The notes: a model not told the origin generated them from the letters alone. A stretch of DNA of 64,000 bases from Octopus sinensis (GCF_006345805.1 NC_043026.1:1178001-1242000); one strand, 5' to 3'; counted from the stretch's first letter, positions 11,808 to 25,115 are shown. Program-made: numbers and translations.

Positions 11808-12363
11808 ATATATTATATAAAATCCATTCTGTCTGTCTGTGTGTGGTCTTCTAGGATCTCGGGCATCCTCCATCCGATTGCGCTCAAATTTGATATGTAG
11901 ATACCGATGGTATCAGGGCGTGTATAAGTCTTGAAAAAATTACAAAAATCGATTCCAGGTGAGAATGTAATCAATAAAGCCGTGGGAATGTGCATTTGTA
12001 TGCACAACTACATCAGCTGTTGCGATCGATACTATGCGTACGCAAGAAAAATGCATGTGCAGTTTGCACAAAAAAAGGCGGATGGCTTGAAATAATGCCA
12101 CAAAAGGCAGTATATTTAAGAGACCAAAAAAACTAAGATGCAAAAGAGATATTTTCTTCAAACTTGGCATGAAGGAAGGAAAGACTATTTGGTTTCTCAA
12201 GAAGTTTTTTCTTTGCCTTAACTTTGTTTAACAAAACCATAAATTTTATTGAAATAAAGGCATGCTTAATTATTTTTTAATGAAAGGAAAACACTGATTG
12301 CTTTTTATTCAGCAGATATGATTCAGCACCGTCCATTGGATGGGGTGGTGGGGCGTTTTGCTC

Positions 12364-12364
<1 letters not shown>
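11808..12364 (+). mobile_element. Non-autonomous Helitron-like element
   Basis: 5' tattatataaaatcc...ctgtctgtctg; subterminal hairpin CCGTCC-ATT-GGATGG at 12329-12343; ends GTTTTGCTCG before (TA)n. Confidence 0.6.
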
Positions 12365-12403
<39 letters not shown>

Positions 12404-12763
12404 CGAGCAAAACACCTCCCGTCCAATGGACAGTACTGAGTTGTCATACATTTAAACCAAATTTTCTCAAAACAACTTGTCCAATAGGCTTCCCCTTTGA
12501 GAAACACTGATTGAACCTAAATTTGAGACACTAGCAAAAGAAGAAATAAAGATAGACTTTTTCTCTGTTCCAAAGAAAAATTCCCACGACTTTATTGATC
12601 ACATTCTCACCTGGAATTGGTTTTTGTAATTTTTTCAAGATTTATACATGCTCTGATACTGTCAGTATCAACATATCACATTTGAGCACAATCGGATGGA
12701 AGGTTTCCGAGATCCGAGAAGCCACACACACACAGACAGACAGAACAGATTTTATATAAGAGA
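12404..12763 (-). mobile_element. Non-autonomous Helitron-like element, same ends as 11808-12364 but a different middle
   Basis: Starts TC; shares about 180 bp of 5' end; hairpin CTGTCC-ATT-GGACGG; ends GTTTTGCTCG. Confidence 0.6.
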
Positions 12764-12974
12764 ATATATATATATAAATTAGAAAAAACCACCATTTACC
12801 AATTCAAAATTAACAATTAAATTAAACCATTTAGAAAATTACATATAATAGAAATATTAAAATTAAAATAACAATAAAATACCAATGATAAAGTAAATTG
12901 CAAAAAAATAATAAAAACGTATATAATTGGTAGAATAACGACACGTGTTTTGTGGTTATATTTAAGAAATGATT

Positions 12975-13196
12975 CATCATCATCGTTTAACGTCCGCTTT
13001 CCATGCTAGCATGGGTTGGACAGTTCAACCGGGGTCTGGGAAGCCCAAAGGCTGCACCAGGCCAGTCAGATCTGGCAGTGTTTCTACCGCTGGATGCCCT
13101 TCCTAACGCCAACCACTCCGTGAGTGTAGTGGGTGCTTTTTACGTGCCACCGACACAGGTGCCAGACGAGGCTGGCTAACGGCCATGCTCGGATGA
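12975..13196 (-). mobile_element. RTE LINE 3' end
   Basis: (CAT)n tail plus a 3'UTR matching that of the near-full-length copy at 49800-50027. Confidence 0.9.
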
Positions 13197-13221
13197 TATC
13201 TATTTATATATATGTGTGTCA

Positions 13222-13398
13222 AATAGCACCCACTACACTCACGGTGTGGTTGGCGTTAAGAAGGGCATCCAGCTGTAGAAACATTGCCAGATAAGACCAG
13301 AGCCTGGTGCAGCCTTCTGGCTTCCCAGATCCCCGATCGAACCGTTGCACCCATGCTAGCATGGAGAACGGACGTTAAACGATGATGATGATGATGAT
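13222..13398 (+). mobile_element. RTE LINE 3' end
   Basis: gcacccactacactc...ggacgttaaac(GAT)n. Confidence 0.9.
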
Positions 13399-13464
13399 AT
13401 GCATATATATCTATATGTCAGGAAGGGCATCCGGCCGTAGAAACCTTGCCACATGCTTAGCGCT

Positions 13465-13523
13465 GCGTATATGTGCATACATATATGTATATACATATAC
13501 ATGTATGTACATGTATAAATGCA

Positions 13524-13563
<40 letters not shown>

Positions 13564-13650
13564 GATACATATGCATATATATATATATGTATGGATGCGT
13601 ATGCATATATATGTATATATGTATACATATATATGTATATGCATGCGAAA
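13465..13650. repeat. (TA)n/(TATG)/(CATA) microsatellite
   Basis: Direct reading. Confidence 0.9.
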
Positions 13651-14244
13651 ATATATAAATTTTTAGTTAAATATATTCAATGAGAATATTATATACTGAA
13701 TTTATATTGAGTGCTCTATTGTATCAAAGTATTAATACTATTAAAGTATTTATGTATTTAATACAAGAGATTATATATATTTATACTAGCATTAAAGACC
13801 TGTTGTTGCCGGGTCATTGTGCTAGTGCATGTATATATGTGTATATATATGTGTACATATTACATGTACATCTATATATATACATATACACATAAAATAC
13901 AAAATACAAAGTTATATCTTGATATCGCTAGTGATAACAATACTCAAAATATATAACAGATTGGAATTGTTAGCCCGTCTCAGGACAGTGAGAACAAACG
14001 GTGTGGGCTGTTAAGCCAAGACAATGTGAAGTTTATGAACACTGGAAAAATGAGCTTTGAGAAGAGACAGAAAAAAGCATGTCTTATCTTTAGGAAGGAA
14101 GTGGAAAAAAGAGAGAATGGCTGTTGATCACATGCGAGCAACAAGAGAATCAAGGAGGAAGAGTGAGAGAGAGAGAGGGAAAATACCCATATATGCATAT
14201 ATATGTAGGTATGTACATATATGCATATATTTATATATTACCCT

Positions 14245-14590
14245 GGTTTGTGCATCACAGCATCTGAAATGTCCACATTTACATGTGTTTCTTTTAGTGA
14301 CATGCATATTGCGTGATTACATGCCACTAAATCTCTTGGGTACTGTGTTTTGTGCTGTTGGGATGTTACAAGGCCCCTGATGTTCAGCAAGAATACTGGT
14401 GGGACATGTAGGGTGTTGGCAGTGGCCACTGGTCTGACATGCACGGAGGTGTCAGAGGTGACTACCCCAGATCCTTTGTTGTTTGAGGTAGTTGGGGGTA
14501 TTGGTAAATGTTCCTCATACCAGATGTCTGGTGAAGCCAGGTCAGCTGCCTTACAAACTTCTGTAGGCTTCAACTTAAGTACCTAATTCA
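14245..14590 (-). mobile_element. CR1-like LINE fragment, start of AP endonuclease
   Basis: FLLNIRGL...LKETHVNVDISDA in ORF 14238-14573. Confidence 0.75.
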
Positions 14591-14606
14591 ACTGATTCTT
14601 AATTAC

Positions 14607-14663
<57 letters not shown>

Positions 14664-14688
14664 ATGAATCTTAATTACTTCTTAATAC

Positions 14689-14722
<34 letters not shown>

Positions 14723-15049
14723 CTTCGGGACTGGTAACTACTAAGATTCAGTTGAATTAGGTCCTTGAAGCACCAAATGTGTCTGGTATTATCCGCAAAG
14801 AAGGAAATAAGGTGAATAAAATTAAAATAAGCAATAGGATTTAAGTGGCTCCATTTAATTGAACAATGCAATCATTACATCAATTTAAATACAGCGCTAT
14901 CGTCAGTTGCACAAAAAAAAATGGAACAGGTAAGATACATTAATATATTTTTTCTTAAATATTTTCTGCCCATTCCACCCTGTTGTAGACCCCTATTTGT
15001 ATTTGTCTGTCCTGTTTTGTCCATTTATGTATAGCCCATTGTGGCCCAT

Positions 15050-15790
15050 TTAAAATAAAATTTTGATCATATGGACGTGTTTTTTACTGTTGTAGGTTTT
15101 CCCTTTGGGGATTACCTGTTATCGAAACTGTTTCTGTGTCTTTTGACACACTGTCTTCTTTAGCAGGTTTGTTTTTTTGTATTCGTTTCCCCCGTTTAGG
15201 GGTGAATTGTATTTTTCATGCATGGAATTGTATTTTTCAGCATGGAGTCTGACAACTTCCAGTTTGATTTTGCTGACCATGTTGTGGAGCGGTTGCCTGA
15301 ACAGGTAACATTGGAGAGCTATTTAGCGGAGGATGAATGCCAAATGGAGTTTCGAAATAGCAATGATTTTTCCGTCTGTCCTGATTTGAATTTGTATGTT
15401 GTGTCTTCAATAAGATTGATACAGGCCCCGCAATTGGGGCAGCCACATGTTTTGACTGTTGGTGTAGGAATCATGGAAGGTGATATTGGCACTCACAAGA
15501 AATTTGGTAAGGGACTTTGTCTTTTAGTTTTGATTATTTTGTGTATTTTGAATGCTTGTTTCATTCTTGGGTTTTGTCTTAGTAGTGGGATGTTCTGGTA
15601 GATAATATTGTAAACCTCTGAGTTTTTGGGGTTGTGTATTGTAATAAAGGGTCAATTATTGGATGTATCTGGAGCATTTTTCGTTTTTCATAGTTCTTTG
15701 ATATTTCTTTGGTACGTTCTATTCTGTTGTCTTTTGGATATTGTCTTTTAAGTAGTACTTGCTTTAGTTTCTGGAGTCTCAATTGTTATT
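15050..15790 (-). mobile_element. Penelope-like (Neptune-type) remnant: RT C-terminus, Cys linker, GIY-YIG
   Basis: RLQKLKQVLLKRQYP; KTCGCPNCGACINLIEDTTYKFKSGQT; degenerate NVTC...QTG. Confidence 0.75.
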
Positions 15791-15859
15791 GATGTTAGAT
15801 TTGATTGATTTAAAAAAATAAAACATTTAAAATTGTAATAGAAATTTTCATAAATAATG

Positions 15860-16360
15860 CTAATATCATTGTTTTAAATTGGGGTTATATATATACCACT
15901 AATAGGAAAAAATATAAATAGTGGGTTATTAAGTAAGTTGTGGAATTTAATAGGTAATTAGAATGGTGGTATATATATTAATGTGGAATATATATACATA
16001 TAGTGCAATTAACAATGAATGGAATATTATAAATTATTGTATAAAGCTGAGATAAGTTGAGATAAGAATTTGTGAATATTAGAATGTTAAATTTGAAAGA
16101 TTAAAGAATAAAAAAGAATTCAAAATTTAAAAAATTTTAATAAGTAAGCATATTAATATCATTGTTTTAGATATGGGTTATATGCACACCACTAATATAG
16201 AAAAAGTATAAATAGTGGGATATTAAGTAAACTGTGGAAAACTAATATATAATGGTGTGTGCATATATATATATTAATGGGGAATATATATATATATACA
16301 GTGCAACTAACAATGAAGGGGATATAATAAACTATTGTATTAAGTTGAGATTAAATTTTT
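15860..16360. repeat. Diverged tandem duplication of an AT-rich unit of about 295 bp
   Basis: taatatcattgtttt...ataaatagtggg..attaagtaa...agtgcaa.taacaatgaa occurs twice. Confidence 0.75.
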
Positions 16361-16949
16361 AAAATCTAAGTAAAAATTGAGTATTAAGGTGTTAATTAAT
16401 ATTTTGGGATAAAACTAGGGGTTATAAGTCAACGTATAATAAGAAATGGGTTGCTAAATAATATGTAGAGAGTATACGTTATACTTATTGTGCGATTGGA
16501 ACATTAAAAAGCAAGATTTATATAAAAGATGTGATTAAGAAGGTGTGTATGTATAATCAGAAGGGTTAGGTCTATAGAACCTATATTAGAATATTTCTAT
16601 CTAGAATATATCTATTGTATATTATTATTATTATTATTTAGTTCAAAATTATGTAGTGAAAGTCAATTATTTATATTTAGAAAAAATATATTTGTGTACA
16701 TATAAGCATTGGGAAATTTCCTCAGGTCTATCATTTAAGAGTTTATGCTTTGAGAATAAGATGTAATATATTTCCTCCAGGCAAAGAGGTTTCGGTTGGT
16801 GGCCTGTATGCTTATGTGTTGTTTATTTGTTTTTTTTACCACTAATTTGAATTCCTCTAAAAAAATATGTAAGCATTAGCCTTTTGCATGAGGCAACCCT
16901 GATGATATCTGGTTATACTCTGGTTTCTTCACATCTACAACTCTTAGCA

Positions 16950-17700
16950 TGATTTGAATCCTGCAGACCTGAAGTACTGTTCACCTAATGACTAGATTGA
17001 AACATGTGTAGGTACTTTTTATGCTCATTTTTCTGTTAATTTATGTTCCTTCACATTTTATTTGTATTTGTGAGAGCAGATGGTTGAATTGTAAACAATA
17101 TTATTATGAGTTGGAGTCCGGAGTTGTGTGACGATAATAATTTGTTGTTATGATGGCAAGTTGTAAGATGAACAATATATAAAGTTTTAAGAAAGAATTT
17201 ATTTACTGTTACGTTACAATACCTTGCCTTGACGGGCAGGTTTTGGTACATCCAAAAGCATGCGAAAGTTAGATGTGGTAGAATGTTTGAGTTTGGGTTC
17301 TCTTCATTGTTTAGTAGGAATTGCGGAGACAGATGGAATAATGTTGTAAGCGAACAGAATTAGAGCTAGTGAGAATTGTAGTGTGTGGGACGTTGCTGAC
17401 AGTAAACTTCATTTCTCCCTCAGACCAAGGTTCTAGCTGGTCAGCCAGACTTCATCGTCACTGAAGTGGTGACTAACTGATTTTTGCTTGGGATGTGCAT
17501 GCTTATATAACTATCCAGAAGGATAGACATACCATTGAGAACAATAGATTTAGTTGGTGGTCTTGTTATCTATTCTAGTTTTTGGTGAAGTAGAAGAGGT
17601 TAGAAAGGGTCAGGTGGTGAAGACATTATTTTGGCCTAGCTAAAGGCATCTGGAAAATGTAAAACTGTTGTCAGAGAAAAGCCATTGTTCCATCGTGGGA
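16950..17700 (-). mobile_element. Degenerate Penelope-like remnant
   Basis: TFAC..GCTKTCP and NIVY..TICS traces resembling the Cys linker and GIY-YIG start. Confidence 0.35.
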
Positions 17701-18278
17701 AAAAGTTCTGTTGCAGTGTTAATTTAAATTTGGCTGTGGTGGATTGAATCCACTGCATGCATGCAACATTCGCTACATATTAAGTAGTTTGTTGTTTTTA
17801 TCGTGACACAAAATAAGTATCCACAATGTATTTTTTTATCCATTTTCTTATATTAATATAACTGTGAATTAGATTGTTTATCTCTATATATTACTCTTTT
17901 ACTTGCTTCAGTCATTTGACTGTGGCCATGCTGTGTGTGTGGGGAGGTGTGGTAGAGAAAAAGGAGGCGGAGTCAATGTACAAGTACTTACTTTTATACA
18001 TTATATTATTTTATTAATTTTTATTGTTCAATTTATACTTTATTGGATTTTAGATGAATACTTTTATGATGAATATTTGTGTGTATGGTATTCGCTGTGA
18101 TTTTAAAGTATTTGCTCTTATATATTATATGATTGTAATAATCTTACTGTTCAATATTCTATATTATTGAAATTTTAGATTAGTATTTTGTATGGTATAT
18201 GTCTCACGGGATGGCTTTGGATGGGTTCTTCATTGACTGAGTTGTGGAATGGTGGTTCGTCTCTAAATTAGTTATATA

Positions 18279-19714
18279 CATCATCATCCTCATCATCATC
18301 ATCATCATCATTTAGCGTCCGCTTTCCATGCTGGCATGGGTTGGACGGTTCAACTGGGGTCTGGGAAGCCAGAAGGCTGCATCAGGCCCAGTCTGATCTG
18401 GCAATGTTTCTTTGGCTGCATGCCCTTCCTAATGCCAACCACTCCAGGAGTGTAGTGGGTGCTTTTTATGTGCCAGACGGGGCTGGAAAACAGCCATGGT
18501 CGGATAGTGCCTTTTACGTGCCACCGGCACGGGGGCCAGCCGAGGCTGGCAATGGCCATGATCAGATGGTGCTTTTTACGTGCCACTGGTACGGGGGCCA
18601 GGTGAGGCTGGCAACGGCCATGATTGGATGGTGCTTTTTACATGTCACCGGCACGGAGGCTCGTCAGGGCGGCACTGGCAATGGCCACGTTCGGATGGTT
18701 CCCTTACGTGCCGCCAGCACTGGTATCACAGCTGCAATTTCCATTGATGTTGATCGATTTCGAGTCTGATTCTCACTTGCCTCAACAGGTCTTCACAAGT
18801 AGAGTTTTGTGTCCCAAGAAGGAAAGGTATGCATAAGTGGACTGGCTACATCCCAGGTAGAGGCCACGAGGTTATGGTCTGACTTGTCCTGCCAGGTCTT
18901 CTCACGCACAGCATACTTCCATAGGTCTCAGTCTCTGGTCATTTCCTCAGTGAGACCTAAAGTTCGCAGGTCATGCTTCACCACCACATCCCAGGTTTTC
19001 CTGGTCTACCTCTTTCACAGGTTCCCTCAACCGCTAGGGTGTGGAACTTTTTCACACAACTATCTTCATCCATTCTCGCTACATGACCATACCAGCGCAA
19101 ACGTCTCTCTTGCACACCACAACTGATGCTTCTTAGGTCCAGCTTTTCTCTCAAGGTACTTACACTCTGTCGAGTATGAACACTGACATTACACATCCAT
19201 CGGAGCATACTGGCTTCATTTCTTGCGAGCTTATGCATATCCTCAGCAGTCATGGCCCATGTTTCACTACCATGTAGCATGGCTGTTCGTACACATGCAT
19301 CATACAGTCTGCCTTTTACTCTGAGCGAGAGGCCTTTTGTCACCAGCAGGGGTAAGAGCCCTCTGAACTTTGCCCAGGCTATTCTTACTCTCGTAGTTAC
19401 ACTTTCAGCACACCCACCCCCGCTACTGACTTGGTCACCTAGGTAACAGAAGCTATCAACTATTTCTAGTTTTTCTCCCTGGAATGTGGTGGAAGTTGGT
19501 CTGCGCATTTTCAGTGTTTATTGCTCCTGAGCATCTGCCACATACAAAAACTATTTTCCTAGTTAGCCTTCCATTGACATTGCTGCACCTCTTATGTGTC
19601 CATAGCTTACACTTGGTGCATCTTATAGAGTTTCTACCTACGCCTTTTCTACAGATCGAGCAGGGTCATCTACCTGAAGGCATTTGTGACTTGTCTACCT
19701 TCCTACTTATTAGG
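18279..19714 (-). mobile_element. RTE LINE, 5'-truncated (PHD insert, RT C-terminus, 3'UTR)
   Basis: ORF 18978-19508 (DSFCYLGDQV, VRTAMLHGSETW, RLRWYGHVAR); (CAT)n tail. Confidence 0.93.
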
Positions 19715-20499
19715 GTCTAATATTATTATACTGAATTTTACCTGTAATGTTGGAATAATAATTTATTCCCTAATATTATTATTATCATATTACATATATA
19801 TATATGTATATACATACATACACACATGTATGTATATATAGTAATATATGTGTAGAAAAGTTGAAATAGTTTTGTCTTTTAATTTGGAGGTTTCCCAAAA
19901 AAAATTTCTAATCTAGATTCTTCGTATTTTACTGGTAGCTTACTGGCATAAGTTTGCGAATATGAAAATAATACTTGTATATGGTGTGTTATGTAACTTT
20001 ATGGAAAGGAATTCCATAAAACTCAACAAATTTGTTAAAAATGGAAAGAGATGTTAAAATTTAGAAGAGTCTTAATTCATGCATACTATTGTTTCAAACA
20101 GCAATATTAAAATATGCAAATACATGGTAGAATAGAAATAATTAAATTAATTAGATATATCACTGTTCTCCTCAGTGCAAGAAGTATTAACAAAAGATTA
20201 TTATTACAGAGGACTTGATGAAGGAAATAGTAGAGAATGATTTCAGATATTCATATTTATCCTTATGAGAAATATGAGCATCATAATAAAGAACGTGAGT
20301 TTAGTTATGTATAAACTAAAACATTTGTCACATACGGCTTGCATTATGGACATGAAATGTTTGTATTTCATGTCAATGTCTGGTGTGGAGAGACATTTAA
20401 ACCAATCCTGTTTGTTTTATGAAAATTCAGTTTGGAGAGATTTCGGCTGCTTTGTATTGGTTGTATGCCTGCAGGGGCATTTGGTCCATACGTAGACAG

Positions 20500-21090
20500 C
20501 TATATTATGTTGTGATCATAGACTAGCATAAGTGTCACTTTAACATTACGGATAATGTCCATATTGTTTGTGAAGCAGGGATCCAGTATATTATTGGACC
20601 TGGTTGGTTGCAGCACAATTTGCTCCATGAAAGAAGCATTGGTAAAGCGTAGAAGGGACTCCACCTGTGTCTTTCCTGGCAGCATCTGGCCCTCAGGCCA
20701 TCCCACTTTGGGGAAGTTAAAGTCACCCAAAAGGAATACACTGATGTGTTGCTCCAGTTTGGTGAGAACTTCTATCTTTGCTAGGCAGTCTTCAAACTTA
20801 CCTGTATGATTTGAAGCATCTGGTTGGTGCATATAACAATGTTGTCTTATATGTTCAATTTGAGTATCACACACTAAATTTGAATATATGACAGCAACTC
20901 CACCATGGCTCCTTTCTTTTCTGAGTGTATTAGAACATATTGTGGTATGTGTATTTCTGCATCCTCTATGTAAGGTCTAAGATGCGTTTCCACAAGTACT
21001 ATGTATAGAGCTTGACTGCATGTAGCAAGGTCTCTCAAGGATGAGATTTTTGTTTTACAGTTGAGATACAACAACCCTCCAATATTAGAA
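20500..21090 (-). mobile_element. CR1-like LINE fragment, AP endonuclease
   Basis: NIGGL, VETHL, LLGDFNFP, PTRSNNILD, DHNII. Confidence 0.85.
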
Positions 21091-21399
21091 AAAAATTTCT
21101 GTTTGGCTGCCGATTTTCAATCCCTTCAATTTCTGTTTGAACTAATTTCATATTCTGTGTAATGATATAGTTTTATATGCTAATCAATATCATGGAAATC
21201 ATTTTCACCATAAATCAAGAAATAAAGAGTTATTAGCTTTTAAAGTTTGGGTAATTTTAGCCAATCATAAGCCACAGACACATTTATGCTCGTTTCCATA
21301 GCCAGATGAGAATTCTTTTATCCACGAGAAAGTACGTGTTGACAAGTATATTCTAGTCATTGAGATGGTTGTCATATGTACTAAAAAACAGCGGCCAAA

Positions 21400-22230
21400 T
21401 AAGTCTCAAATAACGCACCAGAGGACGATGCGGTTTCAAACTTGCAAGAAAAGGGTGTTATAACCAAAAGAAAATTATGCAAAATAGAGAAGTACAAAAA
21501 ACATGGTGGGAATATGTATTGGTGATGCTCGCGCCAGGGATGCATGGAGTTTGTCAGTGAGGAAAGACACATGGTTTGAAAGTGGCACCATTCCACCTCG
21601 GATTATAGTGCTTTTCCTTTACTCATGGGTTAAGGAATTGACTTCAGTCTGGTTCTGTGTTGAAGAACTGGGGATGAACCATTGCACAGCTGTTGATTAT
21701 AACAGTTATGTTAGGTATGTGTTGAGGACTGGCTCCATCATCCAGTTATGGTTGGTGGTCTTGAGAAGATTGTTGAGATTGACAAAACAGTCTTCTAAAG
21801 ATGTAAGTACAACTGAGAAAGGGTCCTACCTGAGCAGTGGAGTGTGTCATGAGACCAGACAGGTTTTTCTTTAAGCAGTGCCATCGTGACACACTGGAGG
21901 AATGCATACATCACTCTATTCTTCCAAAAGCCACAATTTTCAGTGATTTATGGAGGATGTACTCTCACATTCCTGAAATTGATGGTTACAATTTCGAACA
22001 TAGAATAGTGAACGATAGCGTTGAGTTTGTTAACTCGAAAGATGGTACCCACACTCAACAAGAGGAGAGTAGATGAGCCTCTGTAAAGCAAGGTAAGAAA
22101 TGATGCTGTGGCACTCATTGTTCTATGGTAGATTCATATCTCTGTGAATTTATGTAGTGTAGGAGATATGAAAATTGGGATTTGTTCGAGAAATTGCTCA
22201 AATACATTTCTAAATTCCGTTTTTAATGAA
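21400..22230 (+). pseudogene. Merlin (IS1595/ISXO2-like) DDE transposase remnant
   Basis: SVRKDTWFES; GGLEKIVEID; IFSDLWRMY; EHRIVNDSVEFV..DGTHTQ; YLCEFM; several frameshifts. Confidence 0.85.
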
Positions 22231-22594
22231 CTGGGGTCAACAAAATGTTTTTTTTTTAAATATTTAATTTGTAATGTGCTATTTTGTTTTTGGATAAATC
22301 TTTTAAGTTTTTGTTGAAAGCTGATTAATGTTTACTTTAATTTGTTATAAAGCAAAATAATCGAATTGTGTGAATATTCCGAAAATCCTCTCCCCACCTG
22401 CTCGTAAAAAAATTTCCCCACAAATTTCTTTATAATTGTAATCTATGCCATTTGAAAGGTATTTAAAAATTTTCATCAAAAGATTTGCATTTTTCTAAAA
22501 GTCATGAGAGAAAAAATCAGACCATGTGAATTCTTCATAAGTCCTCTCCCCAAACCCTTGTTCGTTAGTGCAAATTTTTGGGCTCTTTTCCTTT

Positions 22595-22845
22595 TGATAG
22601 CCAGATTTCAACACAATTTCTAGTCAACTAAACACTTTAAAACTTCGTATACTGGTAGAATGTGTCAAAAGAAAACATTATTTTCACTTGGCTTTTTTGA
22701 TAAATTTGTAATTTATAAGTTTAACATAGTTTAATTCTTTGAATTTTAACCAATGAATCGCCTGTATTTGAGCTGAAATCATTTGCTGCGTCTAAAAACT
22801 GAGGCAACATCCTGTTACTGTTACGTAAACAGCGCACACACACAC
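22595..22845 (+). repeat. AT-rich interspersed repeat family (unclassified, possibly Helentron-derived); other pieces at 25204-25330(-), 28160-28260(+), 33190-33410(-), 35045-35230(+)
   Basis: Shared aacacaatttctagt.aactaaacactttaaaacttcgtatactggtagaatgtgt and ttaaccaat motifs. Confidence 0.6.
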
Positions 22846-23289
22846 ACGTGTTATCCATCCTTCTCTCTTCTGTCTGTCTCGCTCTTTAGTCATCCGCACA
22901 CATAAATGTTATACATACATGTGTGCGTGTGCACATATTTATATATTGTACACACACACACATTTCATTCCTGATTTAATGTTTGTTTTCGTTTTTCCTC
23001 ACATTCGTTCCCTTCCCTCACTCAGTCCGTCTCTCTATTATCTCTCTCTCTCCCTCTATGTCTTTCTTATTCCATCTCTCTATTCTTTTTCTTCTCGGTC
23101 ATCCTATCTTGATCTGTCGTTATTTCTTTCTTTTAATCCATTTTTTACTAAATGTTTTCCTCTCTCTCTCTTGCTCACACACTTGTCATCACTCACTTTC
23201 TCTCTCTTTCTTTCTTACTTTCTCACTCTCTCTCTCTCTCTTTATCACTTTGCTTAATGCTTGTATATCTATTTCTGTAACTCTGAGTC

Positions 23290-23319
23290 TCAGTTATCTA
23301 TCTATCTATCCATCTGTCC

Positions 23320-23399
<80 letters not shown>

Positions 23400-23414
23400 G
23401 TCCATCTATCTATC
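23290..23414. repeat. (TCTA)n microsatellite
   Basis: Direct reading. Confidence 0.95.
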
Positions 23415-24811
23415 TGTGGAAAGGATGCGTCCCGATGGTCAGGCGATCCATTTGCTGTCAACACCCGTTAAAAGGAGGACTGGGCATGCCGTGGTTGATG
23501 ATGTGCAGACACGCGCTGAGACTGCGACATCTCAGGCTCTTCGTAGATGACGGTGAACAGGTGTGGTTGCCGTTTGTGAGGCACGCTTTCCCACAGCTCA
23601 TCTCCACGACCGAACTGCAATCGTGGATCAAAAAGAGGCCGAGGAAGGGCGAATGGCACCGCGAGTGTCGCGTTGCTCTCAAGCAACTCTGCCGTCCTGG
23701 GTCAACCTTGAGTGACTTCATCACAACCAAAGCATTCTATAGGGGATTAGTGGAGGGGATGTACGACAACGAGCTCGGGGCGAACCTGGACGTCGACGAG
23801 AAATACCTGACCCGCCTGTTCGGGACGACTTTCGGGCCAGGGCCCATGGACAACTTCCAGAGATCCCTGGTCTGGCAGTGCTACCGAGATGTGCTACCCG
23901 TTCGGGATAAGCTCTACAGACACGGCTCGAGAAACACGGGGCCGACCTGCCCGAGATGCGGTCAGAGCAATGAAACCGTTCTGCACGCACTCGTGCAGTG
24001 TCCAACAATTTCCGACCTGTGGGCTTATGTCGAACAACTGCTGTCACGTGTGGGACGAGTCGGTTTATCAGCTGAGTCTATCGTCAATATTGTCACCTCC
24101 TTCCTTCAAATGGGAAGGAAGAGCTATTTTCATCATCCTTGTGGCTATGGCGAAAGAATGTATCTGGTGGACGCGTCTGAAAGGATTGGAGACAAACACT
24201 TTCCTCTCTGGTCAATCTCTCATCAACTTCTTCAAGTACCACTTGAAAAGGAAAGTGAGAGTAGAGAGGCAAGTTTTGTCTAGCGAATGTTTTAAAAAAA
24301 GATGGGTGAATGTAGCAAGGATGGCACATATGAATGACGAAGCCACCTTGAGCATAATCCTATGAACCCAGAAATTGAAAACAGAGGGTTACAAATGTGG
24401 TAACATATAACAATATTGCAAACAAATGTGGTAACATATAACAATATTGACCAAGGTTACCGTGGTCTTTTTCGTAGGCTTTTCTTCCCACGGATAAACC
24501 TTACTTGCTTTCCCCTTTACACCATACATCATGACACTGTGATACACGATCCTTATTGATCGTTTTTTTTTCCTCTCCCCCTTTTTTCCTCTTTTTTCTT
24601 CTTTTTTCATTTTTCTTTTCTTTTTCCCCTTTTTTCTTTTTTTCTTTTCCTTTTTTCTTTCTTTTCTTCTTTTTTTTTGTTCTTTTTCCCTTTTACGATC
24701 CCTTTTGATCGAAAACCTACGCCAACTTTTTTTTTTTCGCCCTCAAAAGAAAAGCTCTACCTTGTAACTTGTCCCATCTGTGTGCAGCCCTGTGTGGCCA
24801 ATAAAGAAACT
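23415..24811 (+). mobile_element. Tx1/L1-clade LINE, 5'-truncated ORF2 C-terminus (zf-RVT) plus 3'UTR
   Basis: GGLGMP; WQCYRDVLPVRDKL; TCPRCGQSNETVLHALVQCP; one frameshift near 24100; ends AATAAAGAAACT. Confidence 0.9.
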
Positions 24812-24888
24812 TATCTATCCATCCATCCATCTATCTATCTATCTGTCTATCTATCTATCTATCTATCCATCTGTCCATCTATCCATCC

Positions 24889-24953
<65 letters not shown>

Positions 24954-25019
24954 TCTATAACTATCTATCATCTATCTATCTGTCTGTCTGTCTTTCTATC
25001 TATCTTTCTATCTATCTAC

Positions 25020-25060
<41 letters not shown>

Positions 25061-25115
25061 GATCTCTATCTGTCTGTCTGTCTGTCTATCTGTCTGTCTC
25101 TCTATCCATCCATCC
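24812..25115. repeat. (TCTA)n/(TCCA)/(TCTG) microsatellite
   Basis: Direct reading. Confidence 0.95.

Noticed and set aside
15218-15601. 127-aa plus-strand ORF, and similar ORFs antisense to LINEs (e.g. 8330-8816, 40164-41320, 47215-48953)
   Set aside because: Shadow frames opposite retroelement coding strands
16980-17012. CTAATGA...GAAACATGT hammerhead-like string
   Set aside because: No stem II, no cleavage triplet, and on the opposite strand to the adjacent PLE remnant
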